Source of the DNA: Octopus bimaculoides
Lineage: Eukaryota
Reading direction: 5' to 3'
NCBI RefSeq assembly: GCF_001194135.2
Contig: NC_068986.1
Span: 107,870,702 to 107,912,793 of the forward strand
Length of the DNA stretch: 42,092 nucleotides
In this document: positions 22,952-36,305 of the stretch, in pieces
Numbering within the stretch: position 1 is the stretch's first letter
Layout of the letters: each line of letters begins with the position of its first letter
Program-made: the position numbers and the translations under genes
The notes under the pieces: model-generated
Databases searched by the model: none
What the model was told of the DNA's origin: nothing
The model's input: the letters and a program-made list of their open reading frames with translations, nothing else

Positions 22952-23215
22952 CTTAATACATTGCTTCTCCTGAATAACAACCCATTGTTAACATCAAACA
23001 TAGACAACAGCTGCTAAACCATTTATAGCACTTGCCATAACGACTCAGCTTCGGTAAATCTTCTGAAATAGATTACGACGGCGGTGTTATATGAATTCTA
23101 TTGGTCACTTCAAGTCACGTGATCTGCAGACTAAACTTTCTTACGTTCTTTATTTGTCAGAAGAGTTTCACTTGAAGTAACCGGCAACGGTTAGCGTGGA
23201 ATATTTTCTGTTGTA
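22952..23215 (-). promoter_or_regulatory. Candidate non-coding first exon and promoter of paralogue A
   Basis: Minus-strand donor AAG|GTAAG (intron starts 22951), conserved in B; upstream GTCACGTG, ATTGG and RFX-like GTAACCGGCAAC. Confidence 0.45.
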
Positions 23216-23231
23216 TAGCTGTTGTATTGGT

Positions 23232-23583
23232 GGAGGCGCAATGGCCCAGTGGTTAGGGCAGTGGACTCATGGTCATAGGATCGCGGATTCGATTCCCAGA
23301 CCGGGCGTTGTGAGTGTTTATTGAGAGAAAACACCTAAAAGCTCCACGAGGCTCCGGCAGGGGATGGTGGTGAACCCTGCTGTACATTTTCACCACAACT
23401 TTCTCTCACTCTTACTTCCTGTTTCTGTTGTGCCTGTAATTCAAAGGGTCAGCCTTGTCACACTGTGTCACGCTGAATATCCCCGAGAACTACGTTAAGG
23501 GTACACGTGTCTGTGAAGTGCTCAGCCACTTGCACGTTAATCGCACGAGCAGGCTGTTCTGTTGATCGGATCGACTGGAACGT
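23232..23583 (+). mobile_element. SINE family 1, 3' end slightly truncated
   Basis: High identity to 787-1130. Confidence 0.9.
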
Positions 23584-24774
23584 AATCTTTGGCGTGAAAA
23601 ACCTTCAGTTTTCACAGAAGATATTCATTCTACACTTGTATTGCATCCCATCTTTTCAGGGCTAAAATTGAATTTGGAGAGATTCCTCTTCACGCGAAGT
23701 TCTTTTATCAAAATATGGAATATCAATGAAAAAAACAGACACTTTTTTCCCATTAAGATCAAATTGAAATTTTTGGGAAATACGGAAAATGCACGTCGAC
23801 TTTAAAATTAGTTAAAGATATTATCAAAGATTTCTGGTTGCTTTTAAACCTTAAACACCTCTAGAGTTGGCCTGTTTGTTGGTAGAAAATTGTGCACGTG
23901 ATTGCTGAAGATATTTTCCTGACTAGTTAAGACTGTAGGAAGCCTTTTGGAAACAAAAGCGTACTTAGATTGAGTACAAATTGATATAGGGTTAACAAAG
24001 TGTTTAGAAGGTAAAATTAGATCAAGAGGAGGCTCATTTGTACAGAATATAGAAGCATCATTTCGATTGTAACCAAAATTTGGTAGCTCTCTGCACATGT
24101 CTGAGCATTTGAGAAGTGGAAATATTTCGGAGTTGTCCTTTCAGAAGTTGCTTATCATTAGAAATGTAAACATTAATTAAAGATAAATTCATAAAAACAG
24201 GGCGAGAGAAAAAGGGAATATTTCTGTGGTTGTGACTGGAAGTAACTGAAAGGGACTTTGTTAGAGTTATTGCCCTTGGCATGTTTGCGGGGAAACTATG
24301 GTACTCCGGGCCATCGTCTTTGTGTGTGCATGGTGGAATTGAAGATTGAAAAGGTAAAGTTTGGTGAGAATTGAAGATTGAGAATGGGGTATATTTGTGT
24401 GGGGTACTGGCAGAAGGTAACTGAAGGGACACTTTGTCAGAGTTATTGGACTTGGTAAATTTGCAGTAAACAGATATTTTAGGACTAGGCCTGTGTGCGT
24501 GTGCATGGCGGAGTTTAGAAACTGAGTAAGGATTATCTAGTTTGCAGGGACGGGTGGTTTGGTTCAAGCATTCTAGTTGTTGTGTCTGAACGGCTGTAGT
24601 GATGCTATGGGTAAAAAGCTTTCAGGGCCATGTGGGATAGGGATGGACATACACCTAAAAGAATGAGTGCAGTCACCAGCTTTGATCTTTCTGATGGATC
24701 AACAGTGAAACACGACTTTCCACTTATTGATGATTAGCTTTTCTCCTCCTTCACCTTCCACCAGTATATAGTCG

Positions 24775-25250
24775 TCATGTTTCTCTTCCATACCTCACTA
24801 CACCTTATACTATACGCTACACCCCTAACTTTACACTTTATCTGTGGGTTCATCCTACACACTATACAGTTGCTCTCCTTACAGGTGGTTCATTCAAATG
24901 CATACGTTTCACAGATCTGGTATTTTATGGAGGTCTCTGGCCTTTTTACTACTTTAATCCATAGATTCATTTTATCTAAGGTTTTCCCAAAAACATATGC
25001 TAGTTCACCTACAAGGATATCATCTACGACCATAATACTCTGGTAGTTTTAGGTATCATACCATGAGTTAGTTGGCCTTACCTATCGATCTTCATCCTTT
25101 CCATGCTATTCCAGGATTTACTTGTCTATAGGGGACAGATCCCAATTTGCATCATTCTCTATGATGGCCTTGTATTTAGCCCTGGCTCCTTTCTACACTT
25201 TAATACTATCTCTTCGACAGCAGCTAGGTAACTGTGTGCAGTGGATGGAG
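24775..25250 (-). pseudogene. Degenerate retroelement ORF1-like relic, duplicated with the ZNF unit
   Basis: Broken frames GQLTHGMIPKTTRV..VDDILVGE..KMNLWIKVV and CIVCRMNPQIKC; paralogue at 35640-36060. Confidence 0.35.
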
Positions 25251-25593
25251 TATTCTGTGTCTCCCTAATTCTGTTGCTTTGCTAATAGTATTAGTAGTAG
25301 TAACAACAATTTTCTCACTCTAACCATATTGTATGATACATGTGACCTAACAAGTAACATCAAAAATGAAAAATTTACAACTTCCAAAGAATACACAAAA
25401 CATTTTATAGACATTTACAGCACTTTAATAACATTCATATACATAAATTCTTTAAAGAATAAAAAGTTTTGAATGGTACATCAATGCACTACAATAAAAA
25501 CAATGGGCTATATATCTGTTGTAATTTAGTCATCCATAGTCTGATGATATTTTGGAATAAAATTCTTTCTTATAATATGCTTTCCTACAAAAG

Positions 25594-26049
25594 TCAGTGG
25601 AAAGGTTTGTCTCCATCATTAACAGTACATTTATGAGTAGATATATAATCACTGCAACTAAATGATTTACCACAAATAACACAGCTGTATGGTTTTTCCC
25701 CCGTATGAGTATGATTGTGTCTTATTAAACACCTCAAGTTAGAAAATATTTTGCCACAGATTTTGCAAATTTCCAGTGTGCAGGTCTCTTTGTTTTTTAA
25801 GCTTCCACTATTGGAAAATTTCTTCCCACAAACTTCACAGTGATATGTGTAATGTTAGACCAAATTTTTCAGGAAATGCTTTCCCGCAGATTTCACATTG
25901 GTGTCGTTTTTCCCCTGGGTGACCACGTTTATGCCTTATTAAGGTACCTCTGTTTGTAAATCCTTTCCCACAAACTCACCAGTATGAGTGTGTTTATGAA
26001 CTAATAGGACAGATTCTTCAGAAATGCTTTCCCACATATTTCACATTAG
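25594..26049 (-). pseudogene. Relic C2H2 fingers in the 3' UTR of paralogue B, rearranged
   Basis: Collinear with 19561-19904 plus extra finger-8/9-like debris at about 25840-25975. Confidence 0.8.
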
Positions 26050-26488
<439 letters not shown>

Positions 26489-27504
26489 NNNNNNNNNNNN
26501 NNNNNNNNNNNNNNNNNNNNNNNNNNNNNNNNNNNNNNNNNNNNNNNNNNNNNNNNNNNNNNNNNNNNNNNNNNNNNNNNNNNNNNNNNNNNNNNNNNNN
26601 NNNNNNNNNNNNNNNNNNNNNNNNNNNNNNNNNNNNNNNNNNNNNNNNNNNNNNNNNNNNNNNNNNNNNNNNNNNNNNNNNNNNNNNNNNNNNNNNNNNN
26701 NNNNNNNNNNNNNNNNNNNNNNNNNNNNNNNNNNNNNNNNNNNNNNNNNNNNNNNNNNNNNNNNNNNNNNNNNNNNNNNNNNNNNNNNNNNNNNNNNNNN
26801 NNNNNNNNNNNNNNNNNNNNNNNNNNNNNNNNNNNNNNNNNNNNNNNNNNNNNNNNNNNNNNNNNNNNNNNNNNNNNNNNNNNNNNNNNNNNNNNNNNNN
26901 NNNNNNNNNNNNNNNNNNNNNNNNNNNNNNNNNNNNNNNNNNNNNNNNNNNNNNNNNNNNNNNNNNNNNNNNNNNNNNNNNNNNNNNNNNNNNNNNNNNN
27001 NNNNNNNNNNNNNNNNNNNNNNNNNNNNNNNNNNNNNNNNNNNNNNNNNNNNNNNNNNNNNNNNNNNNNNNNNNNNNNNNNNNNNNNNNNNNNNNNNNNN
27101 NNNGTCTGTTTTGGCATGGTTTCTACAGCTGGATGCCCTTCCTAATGCAAACCACTTTCCAGAGTGTATAACGTATTCTCCTCCAAGTAAACATTTCTAA
27201 TAAATGCTTTCCCTCATTTGTTGTAGGTGAGAGTGTTGTTATCTTATTTCACAGCAATAATTAACAATGCTTTTCCTACATATTTCAGAGTCTGCTTCTA
27301 TCACCTGTTTATGTCTGTGATTAAACAAACTGATCAATTGTTCATAAGATTCAAACTCGGCAGAATTAGATGAACAGAAGTTTTCATTTCACATGGTCAC
27401 AAGTAGCTTCATAAGAAATATGCAGAATTCTTCCATTACCACCTTTCAATGAATCCTGAGTGTACCTGGCTAAACGCTTAGTTACATTTCATCTATCTTC
27501 ACAT

Positions 27505-27632
27505 TCCGACAAGGTCAACTTTGCCTTTCATTCTTTTCCATCAATGAAATAAATACCAGCTGAATACTTTTATTCATGTAAATCCACTGGCCCCTCCCCT
27601 CAAATTGCTGGCCTTTTGCCAAAATCTGAAAT
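27505..27632 (+). mobile_element. Degenerate SINE family 2 3' part
   Basis: GGTCAACTTTGCCTTTCAT...CCCCTCCCCTCAAATTGCTGGCCTT resembles the variant tail at 118-224. Confidence 0.5.
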
Positions 27633-28714
27633 GAATGCTTTTTGTTATTTTGAGAACAGAAAATACGCAAATCTTCTTCAGGACGAAATCTGTTTCCTTC
27701 CTCAGTCTCCAGATGAAAGAGAGATGAGAAGAAAACATGANNNNNNNNNNNNNNNNNNNNNNNNNNNNNNNNNNNNNNNNNNNNNNNNNNNNNNNNNNNN
27801 NNNNNNNNNNNNNNNNNNNNNNNNNNNNNNNNNNNNNNNNNNNNNNNNNNNNNNNNNNNNNNNNNNNNNNNNNNNNNNNNNNNNNNNNNNNNNNNNNNNN
27901 NNNNNNNNNNNNNNNNNNNNNNNNNNNNNNNNNNNNNNNNNNNNNNNNNNNNNNNNNNNNNNNNNNNNNNNNNNNNNNNNNNNNNNNNNNNNNNNNNNNN
28001 NNNNNNNNNNNNNNNNNNNNNNNNNNNNNNAACAGAAAATACGCAAATCTTCTTCAGGACGAAATCTGTTTCCTTCCTCAGTCTCCTGATGAAAGAGAGA
28101 TGAGAAGAAAACATGATATGTGTAAAGAATCAAATCATTGTTATAGATATACTTGATACTGAAGAATTACCAAAAAACCATTCCTGCTATTTGGGACAGT
28201 GTTTAAATAATACTCTGTTGGAGGTAGTGTCATGGGCCCATGGTCACTGGATTATTTCCATTCAGTATTAATGTTTCACATAATTATAGTCAGCAAAGTT
28301 TCAAACATTACATTTAAATCCGTCTAACAAGACAAATATATTTGTCCTTAACTATTCATGTGTCTCAGAACCTCAGAAAAATGTCAGGGAAATATAGGAA
28401 CAGTTATTGTTTGTTTTAGTTGAAATAGAACTGATTCCATTAATTTTTTTCTTGTTTCCATCAGTGGAATGTGGCCATGCTGGGGTAATGCCTCGAAAGG
28501 TTTGGTGCAACTCGAACACAGTACCGTTTCTCAAATCTAGTATATATTCACTTGGTTTCTATCGTGGGAATGTAAGTTATGGTGACATAAACAAACCAAC
28601 ACTGGTTGTCAAGTAATAGTGAGGAGGAGGTAATACAAGACGCACACACACATGCGCACATAAAGAAGCACCACCTGAGAGAGCCTAATGCCTATGCTGC
28701 CTAACTGGTTCTAG

Positions 28715-28905
28715 TGCCGGTGTCATGTAAAAAGCTCCCACTACACTCTTGGAGTGGTTGGCATTAGGAAGGGCATCCAGCTATAGAAACCTTGCTAAAT
28801 CAGATTGGAGCCTGGTGCAACCACCCAGCTTACCAATTCTCAGTCAAACCATCCAGCCCATGGAAAGCAGATGTTAAACGATGAGGATGATGATGATGGT
28901 GATGA
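28715..28905 (+). mobile_element. Family 3 retroposon 3' end
   Basis: GGAAGGGCATCCAGCT...GATGTTAAACGATGAGGATGATGAT. Confidence 0.75.
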
Positions 28906-28989
28906 TAATCGTAGTCATGGGTGATGTGTATCACATAATTGGCACATAGAAAGCATCTTTCGAGTGATGGGCTGCATGGAGGCAATGTG

Positions 28990-29470
28990 GTCGAAGCCTG
29001 TGTCAACAACCTGGCACCTGTGCCAGTGGCACACAAAAAGTACCAATTGAGCACTGGGCATAACGAAGGCAATGTGGCCAATGCCAGTACCATGTAAAAA
29101 GCACCTGATGAGCCGTGGGCCTCACAGAGACAATGTGACCGATGCTGGTGTTGCATAACCGGCACCCATACCAGTGGCGAAGCATTGGGCCTTACAGCGG
29201 CAATGAGGAATGGTCAGGAGACTTGGCAATATGTTGTGTTTGAGAAGAAGACCCATCAAACCCTGTGAAATTGTAGTCATAGTGGATGCTGGTGTCATGC
29301 AACTGGCACCCATCTCAGTGGCACATAAAAGCAACCATTAGGAAGGGTGTCCAGTCATAGAAACCATGCCAAGTCAGACTGGAGTCTGGTGCAGCTCCTC
29401 AACTTACCAGCCCTAGTCAAACCATGCAGCTCATGGGCAACGGACAGTAAAAGTTGACGATAATGATGAT
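28990..29470 (+). mobile_element. Family 3 retroposon, degenerate
   Basis: GTGCCAGTGGCAC subrepeats; GGAAGGGTGTCCAGTC; tail GTTGACGATAATGATGAT. Confidence 0.65.
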
Positions 29471-30454
29471 ATACCATACATACTGGCATATAATACGACT
29501 GGATGTACAAGACAACCCTCAGGATTTCCATTTAAAAAGTGAGTTTTGAGCTATACTACAAGACTACCCCAAGTTTTCGTGGGAAATTGTTCGAGCGCCA
29601 TAGGTGCGAGGTTCATAGCTAAAGGTGAGTTCTAGCTTTCCAAATGGTCTCTGAAGTCTCTGCTTTTCTTGAATTTCAATAGCATTTTAACTAAGTTTCA
29701 ATCAGTAAACTTTGTATGCAACAACTCTGCAGTTTTGGTTGTTTAAAATTTATCCAGTTTTTTTTTTCAAAAAGTGTCCAAATATTGTAAATTACCTATT
29801 ATAATACTCCTTAACAAGTCTGATTTTAATCTCCAAACTCTTACTGTCTTTTTGGTTTCACCATTATTCTCTCGTAGCAGCACACTTGTTGTGGGACTTG
29901 GCGTATGTTACCACTTTTAGCTAAAACCAGCTTCATATGTCTTTTATTTGTCACTTGGAGCCATGAGGGGGTTTTACAGTTGCTGGAAATTGATGATCAC
30001 TCAATGAGAGTATTGCTGCTTCTGGAAGAGCGATCACTCAAGCCTTTTCAAGAAACTCTGTCTGTAAGTGTTTAAAAATAACAGATAATTGTAAGGTTTA
30101 TTGTGATTGATCTGACAAACACGAACTGGCCAATCACAGAAGGTCCCAGATCATGCTTCTAATCTGCCATAACAGGTAGATTAGTCACTATAAACTACAC
30201 TTGTCCTGAAAACCCTCAACTGGCTCAGCGCTGTATGAGAGAGCACTCTGAGGCAGTGTAAACAGAACAGACCCTGGGACCCGGCTGAATTGTAACATTT
30301 GCTATTTGTCAGCTGTTGCACATGATGACCAGTGTCTGACCACTAAGTTCTCTGTGCTGTCATTTTAATATAACCTTACTATTGACCCAGCTTCCCAAAC
30401 ATATGTGTGAGTATCAGTAGAAAATACTGAGTTGTAGAACCACAAAGAAAATAC

Positions 30455-31047
30455 GGATCTATTTTAAAACGGGAGCCACAGTTTTCATTTATGTTTTATG
30501 TAGTGTTTTTGGTACCGAAAGACTTTCAAACTTCGTATACTTATCTATTTTGTGTTATAGAACAGAAAAATATTTTTGTATTCAAATTTATTTCATGTAA
30601 AAAATTGTCTTATTTCGATAATTTCTACTAATCACTGACGTCTATTCAGTTGAAAACAGTTAGCGCTGTAACGGTGTATATCGTATTAATCCCCTAACCC
30701 TAACCCTAACTAGACTGTTAACCGTAACCGTAACCCTAACTCTAGAATCCGAACTAGATACGCACAGCGTAATTTATTATATAAACAATATATGCGTATA
30801 AATTATGATTAAACCGGATGAAATATGTCACAGGGAATAACATTTTTATGACCGCCCAGCAGTAACTCTATTGAACTGAATAGACGTCAGTGATTGGTTG
30901 AAATTACAGAAATACAACAACTTTAACATGGAATAACTTGCGAATTCCTTTTTTTTGTTAAGAAGACTAAGAGTAAAAGATGTTTTATATGACACATTCT
31001 ACCAGTGTCCCAAGTTTCAAAGTGTTTCGTTAGTGTTTCGTTAAGAA
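30455..31047. mobile_element. Merlin-like MITE, second copy, one TIR lost
   Basis: Starts GGATCTATTTTAAAAC; inverse orientation to 5655-6216; CCCTAA repeats inside. Confidence 0.8.
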
Positions 31048-31343
31048 AATACTATAGGATCTATGCAACTACTTTACACTTTTTTCCATTGACATAGGTG
31101 CCACTTTGAACCACAGGAAGTTAAGGTTCAAATTTTAAACTAGGTATATAAGACGACTCCTAGTTTGAGGGTGATTCTTTTGAAGTTCAAATACCATCCC
31201 GTACGCTGTTATACACAATATATATATGGATGTATGTATGTATATATGCATAGTTCAAATTCACGGAATGCAAACAACGAAGACAGGTGAGGGGGAAAAA
31301 CAAGAAGGTGTATTAGCTTGACACTTGGAAAGAATGGAAGAGA

Positions 31344-31380
31344 CTTTTACATTTAGAGCCTACCCTCTTCGACAGAAAAG
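31344..31380 (-). other. Degenerate hammerhead-like motif (probably inactive)
   Basis: Minus strand CUUUU-CUGUCGA-A-GAG-GGUAGG-CUC-UAAAU-GUA-AAAG keeps helix I and II pairing, but core CUGANGA and GAAAC are mutated. Confidence 0.35.
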
Positions 31381-31414
31381 GATGAGAGGGAAAAAATGAA
31401 GTGAGAAAGAAAAA

Positions 31415-31745
31415 AAAATGTTTTTGCTAAAAACCCTCATTTTCGGATACGGAGATTCTGGAAAATTGCCAAATATCGGCATTTTGAAATTTCGCCCCCT
31501 GCCTTCTTACTTTTTCACTTTATTCCCTAACTCTAACTACAAAAATTCTTGGAAATTTTTTTCAGAATCAATCATAATCTCCGTATTTTTCCACATTTTT
31601 ATTTTTTAATTCCTGAAAAAATTAGGGGGTGGGGTAATTTCAGAATTCCAATTTTTGCCGATATTTTTTTTGCAGATTCGTATTCTCCGTAGCCAAAAAG
31701 GGGGTTTGTGTCAAAAAATAATAATAATAATATTAATAATAAACT
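31415..31745. repeat. 110-bp-subunit repeat family copy
   Basis: TTTCGGATACGGAGATTC and inverse ATCTCCGTA motifs as at 18770-19215. Confidence 0.5.
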
Positions 31746-31789
31746 CGATGACTGGTCACCGCGCCAGTGGAACACTAACAACACTGTCG

Positions 31790-32203
31790 AGCTTGTTCAT
31801 TGCCAGAGCAGCTGTCTGGCTTCCGTGCTAGTGGCCCGTAAATGGCACCATTAGAGCGTAATCGTTACCTCCTAGCACTTGTGCTGGTGGCACGTTTAGA
31901 AAATCATTCGAGCAAGATCGTTGCCAGTGCCGCTGGACTGGCTCCCGTGCAGGTGGCACGTAAAAAACACCTTTTAGAACGTGGCCGTTGCCAGTGCCGC
32001 TGGACTGGCCCTCGTGCCGGTGGCACGTAAAAGCACGAACTACACTCTCGGAGTGGTTGGCGTTAGGAAGGGCATGCAACTGTAGAAACTCTGCTAGATT
32101 AGATTGGAGCTTGGTGCAGCCTTCTGGCTTGCCAGTCCTCAGTCAAATCGTCTAACCCATGCTAGCATGGAAAGCGGACGTTAAACGATGATGATGATGA
32201 TGA
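31790..32203 (+). mobile_element. Family 3 retroposon
   Basis: Reverse complement of 10795-11200; tail GGACGTTAAACGATGATGATGATGATG. Confidence 0.85.
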
Positions 32204-33012
32204 AAGGTGAGGGGGTACAAAAGGAAGTCTTGCCAAAAGATGTGTAGGGATTCACGGTTCAACACGAGTCTTCCATACACTATCCGTTTACGAAATTCAA
32301 TCACAAGGTATTTGTTGATCTGGTTCTGTAGTAGAAGACACTTGCCTAAAGTACCGTGCAGTGGGACTGAACATGAAACCAGGTGGTTGTAAACCCAGCT
32401 TGCTAACCACACAGCCATGCATGCACATGGAAAATATANNNNNNNNNNNNNNNNNNNNNNNNNNNNNNNNNNNNNNNNNNNNNNNNNNNNNNNNNNNNNN
32501 NNNNNNNNNNNNNNNNNNNNNNNNNNNNNNNNNNNNNNNNNNNNNNNNNNNNNNNNNNNNNNNNNNNNNNNNNNNNNNNNNNNNNNNNNNNNNNNNNNNN
32601 NNNNNNNNNNNNNNNNNNNNNNNNNNNNNNNNNNNNNNNNNNNNNNNNNNNNNNNNNNNNNNNNNNNNNNNNNNNNNNNNNNNNNNNNNNNNNNNNNNNN
32701 NNNNNNNNNNNNNNNNNNNNNNNNNNNNNNNNNNNNNNNNNNNNNNNNNNNNNNNNNNNNNNNNNNNNNNNNNNNNNNNNNNNNNNNNNNNNNNNNNNNN
32801 NNNNNNNNNNNNNNNNNNNNNNNNNNNNNNNNNNNNNNNNNNNNNNNNNNNNNNNNNNNNNNNNNNNNNNNNNNNNNNNNNNNNNNNNNNNNNNNNNNNN
32901 NNNNNNNNNNNNNNNNNNNNNNNNNNNNNNNNNNNNNNNNNNNNNNNNNNNNNNNNNNNNNNNNNNNNAAAATTTTTTTTTCAGAATCGGAATCTCCATA
33001 GCCTAAAACGTC

Positions 33013-33256
33013 AGGCTTCGGCAGGGGATGGTGGCGAACCCTGCTGTACTCTTTCACCACAACTTTCTCTCACTCTTTCTTCCTGTTTCTGCTGTGCCTG
33101 TAATTCAAAGGGTCAGCCTTGTCACACTGTGTCACGCTGAATATCCCCGAGAACTATGTTAAGGGTACACGTCTGTGGAGTGCTCAGCCACTTGCACGTT
33201 AATTTCACGAGCAGGCTGTTCCGTTGATCGGAGCGACGGAGTGCCAACAACCAACA
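33013..33256 (+). mobile_element. SINE family 1, 5'-truncated
   Basis: Matches about 903-1160. Confidence 0.85.
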
Positions 33257-33301
33257 ATTCTTATGAACTATAAGTGTATTTATTTTGAAAACCATAAGCG
33301 G

Positions 33302-33645
33302 TGTATGTATTCTGGATTTAAAGGCACCGACTTTGCGTGACATGTCTCCTGGAACGGTAAACAAAGAACCAAACAAGAACTGGAATCCATTTAAAAGAGG
33401 AAACTATCGTTCGTGGCTCGGTTAATTCCTCTGGACACGGAACCTCCACACCGATCCACGACAGCCGAGTGTATAAGAGACCAATCGACACTACACAAAC
33501 ATAAAACACAGTCAGTTACGAAAGCGTGGTTAGTTAAACTGGGTTGGCCCTTAATTAAGAGAAAGCCTTTTATATCGACCCAGAATGGGAAATAATTATC
33601 TAAATTAAATACATACAAACAAAAGATGAATAAACATTGCCTTAC
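33302..33645 (-). repeat. Paralogous intron-1 block of unit B
   Basis: Homologous to 22315-22951 but lacks the 70-bp hairpin. Confidence 0.55.
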
Positions 33646-33780
33646 CTTAATATAGTGTTTCTCCACAATAACTACCCATTGTTAATGTAACTCATACACG
33701 CGAGCAGTTAAATAATTTTAAATGTTTTCTGGGAAACAAAGATGGCGCTGTTATATGGTCACGTGGTCTACGGAGGGTAA
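33646..33780 (-). promoter_or_regulatory. Candidate first exon and promoter of paralogue B
   Basis: Donor AAG|GTAAG (intron starts 33645); GCGCTGTTATATG..GTCACGTGGTCT matches the A motif; YY1-like AAGATGGCG. Confidence 0.4.
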
Positions 33781-33945
33781 TTCTCTATTATCTCTTTTTT
33801 TTTTCCTTTGGACAACGACGTTTCAAGTGAAATCGTTGGTTTTAATTAAAACGAGATATATTCTATGTTGCTATCATGCTGATACCGATACACCATTTCT
33901 CATCCGACACCATTAGGAGCACTTACGTTTTCGAATGTAAGGATC

Positions 33946-34318
33946 GGATCTATTTTAAAACGGGGCCGCCAGTTTTCATTTATGTTTTATGTAGTGTTTT
34001 TGGTACGGAAAGACTTTCAAACTTCGTATACTTATCTATTTTGTGTTATAGAACAGAAAAATATTTTTGTATTCGAATTTATTTCATGTAAAAAAATTGT
34101 TTTATTTCGATAATTTCTACTAATCACGTCTAATCAGTTGAAAACAGTTAGCGCTGTAACGGTGTATATCGTATTAATCCCCTAACCCTAACTCTAAAAT
34201 TGTTACACACATAGATACGCACAGCGTAATTTATTATATAAACAATATATGCGTATAAATTACGGATGAAATATGTCACAGGGAATAACATTTTTATGAC
34301 CGCCCAGCAGTAACTCTA
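33946..34318. mobile_element. Merlin-like MITE, third copy, runs into gap
   Basis: Near-identical to 30455-30865. Confidence 0.85.
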
Positions 34319-34857
34319 NNNNNNNNNNNNNNNNNNNNNNNNNNNNNNNNNNNNNNNNNNNNNNNNNNNNNNNNNNNNNNNNNNNNNNNNNNNNNNNNNN
34401 NNNNNNNNNNNNNNNNNNNNNNNNNNNNNNNNNNNNNNNNNNNNNNNNNNNNNNNNNNNNNNNNNNNNNNNNNNNNNNNNNNNNNNNNNNNNNNNNNNNN
34501 NNNNNNNNNNNNNNNNNNNNNNNNNNNNNNNNNNNNNNNNNNNNNNNNNNNNNNNNNNNNNNNNNNNNNNNNNNNNNNNNNNNNNNNNNNNNNNNNNNNN
34601 NNNNNNNNNNNNNNNNNNNNNNNNNNNNNNNNNNNNNNNNNNNNNNNNNNNNNNNNNNNNNNNNNNNNNNNNNNNNNNNNNNNNNNNNNNNNNNNNNNNN
34701 NNNNNNNNNNNNNNNNNNNNNNNNNNNNNNNNNNNNNNNNNNNNNNNNNNNNNNNNNNNTATCGGTCTCTTTTGCCAAACAGCTAAAAATTAAACTTTAC
34801 CGAAAATTTTAAAATTTGGTATATTAACATACATATATTGCCAATTAAACACACACT

Positions 34858-35075
34858 TGCAGAAGCGTTAGCACGTCGGCGAAATGCTTAGCGGTATTTC
34901 ATCTGTTGCTACGTTCTGAGTTCAAATTCCGCCGAGGTTGACTTTGCCTTTCATCCTTTCGGGGTCGATTAAATAAGTACCAGTTATGCACTGGGATCGA
35001 TATAATCAACTTAATCCATTTGTCTGTTCTTGTTTGTCCCCTCTGTGTGTAGCCCCTTGTGGGTTGTAAAGAAAT
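34858..35075 (+). mobile_element. SINE family 2
   Basis: Matches about 4053-4272. Confidence 0.85.
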
Positions 35076-35639
35076 AACACACTATATATTTGGTCTTCTC
35101 CTCAGCTTTATCATTATTCTAGTTTCTTTCATCTCACCTCCTGTGACCTCCTCAGTAACTCTCTATCCCATGTCTCTTCTTGTTCTGCTTATTCCATTTT
35201 GTCTTTCTCTGCTATGCATCCATATATGCGCAACAATTTGCATCTGTATCTGAGTGTGTTTTGTGTGCATATGCGTTTCGTTACTACATTGTTTGTATGT
35301 GGGTCTTTTCTTTTTTTCTTTTCTCCTTCCATTTACTATGTCTTGTGTGTGTGTATATGGGTTCATGTATTATACTGTATCTGTCTTTAGTCATCAGGCT
35401 GTGCAGTGTGATGGAGTGGGGGGTGATGTTGTTAAACCATTCAGATTTTCCCTTCAGGCTCAGTTCATCAAATACTGTGCATGTGGACCTTCCATGATCT
35501 GAGTGTCATGTATGGTCTATGTGATAAAGTCTTAACATCTACTTATTAACCAAGCCTTCATACTCAAATTGAGCACTGATGAGCTTCTATCCTGCTTCAG
35601 CTTCCGGCAGGTGTATATCATCATCCTGTTTCTCTACTA

Positions 35640-36060
35640 TGCCTCACTACACGTTACACAATATGCTACATTCCAAACTCTACTGTTTATCTGTGGGTTC
35701 ATCCTAAACACTATACAGTTGCTCTCCTGATCTGGGATTTCATGGAGATCCTTGTTCTTTCTACAACTTTAATCCATAGATCTGTTTTACCTAAGGTTTT
35801 CCCAATATTATATGCTTGTTCACCAACAGGAATAGTATCAACAAGCAATGATACTCTAATAGTTTTACTTATCATACCATGAGTTAGTTGGCCATATCTA
35901 TCTTCTTTGTCCTTTCCAAGTTTTATTTGTGTAAAAGGGGCAGACACCAATTTGCATCATTCTCTATGATGGCCTTGTATTTAGTCCTGGCTCCTTTCTA
36001 CACTTTGATCCTGCCCCTTTGACAGAGACCAGACAACTGCATGCAGTAGATGGTGTGTTC
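35640..36060 (-). pseudogene. Degenerate ORF1-like relic, paralogue of 24775-25250
   Basis: ORF 35711-35950 GQLTHGMISKTIRVSLLVDTIPVGE...DLWIKVV; nucleotide collinearity. Confidence 0.35.
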
Positions 36061-36305
36061 TATGTCTCCCTAATTCTGTTGTATTACTAGTAGTAGTAGT
36101 AACAACAGTTTCCTCACTCTAACCATATCACATGATACATGTGACTTAACAAGTAACATTAAAAAGAAAAATTCACTACAATTTCCAAAGAATACACTGA
36201 ACATGTTATAAACATTTATAGTAATTTAATAACATTCATATACATAAATTCCTTAATACAAATATCACAACAATATGGTTTTTATAATATACTTTCCTAC
36301 AAAAG

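Noticed and set aside
27114-27740. Intron block about 99% identical to A (21325-21693) although A and B exons are much more diverged; could indicate gene conversion
   Set aside because: It is a small contig between two gaps, carries the A-type variant (CTCCAGATG) while the next contig has CTCCTGATG, and duplicates 28031-28120. A misplaced A or haplotype contig is at least as likely; long reads are needed.
29700-30420. Possible additional LTR-like element
   Set aside because: No second copy, TSD or clear termini visible in this window
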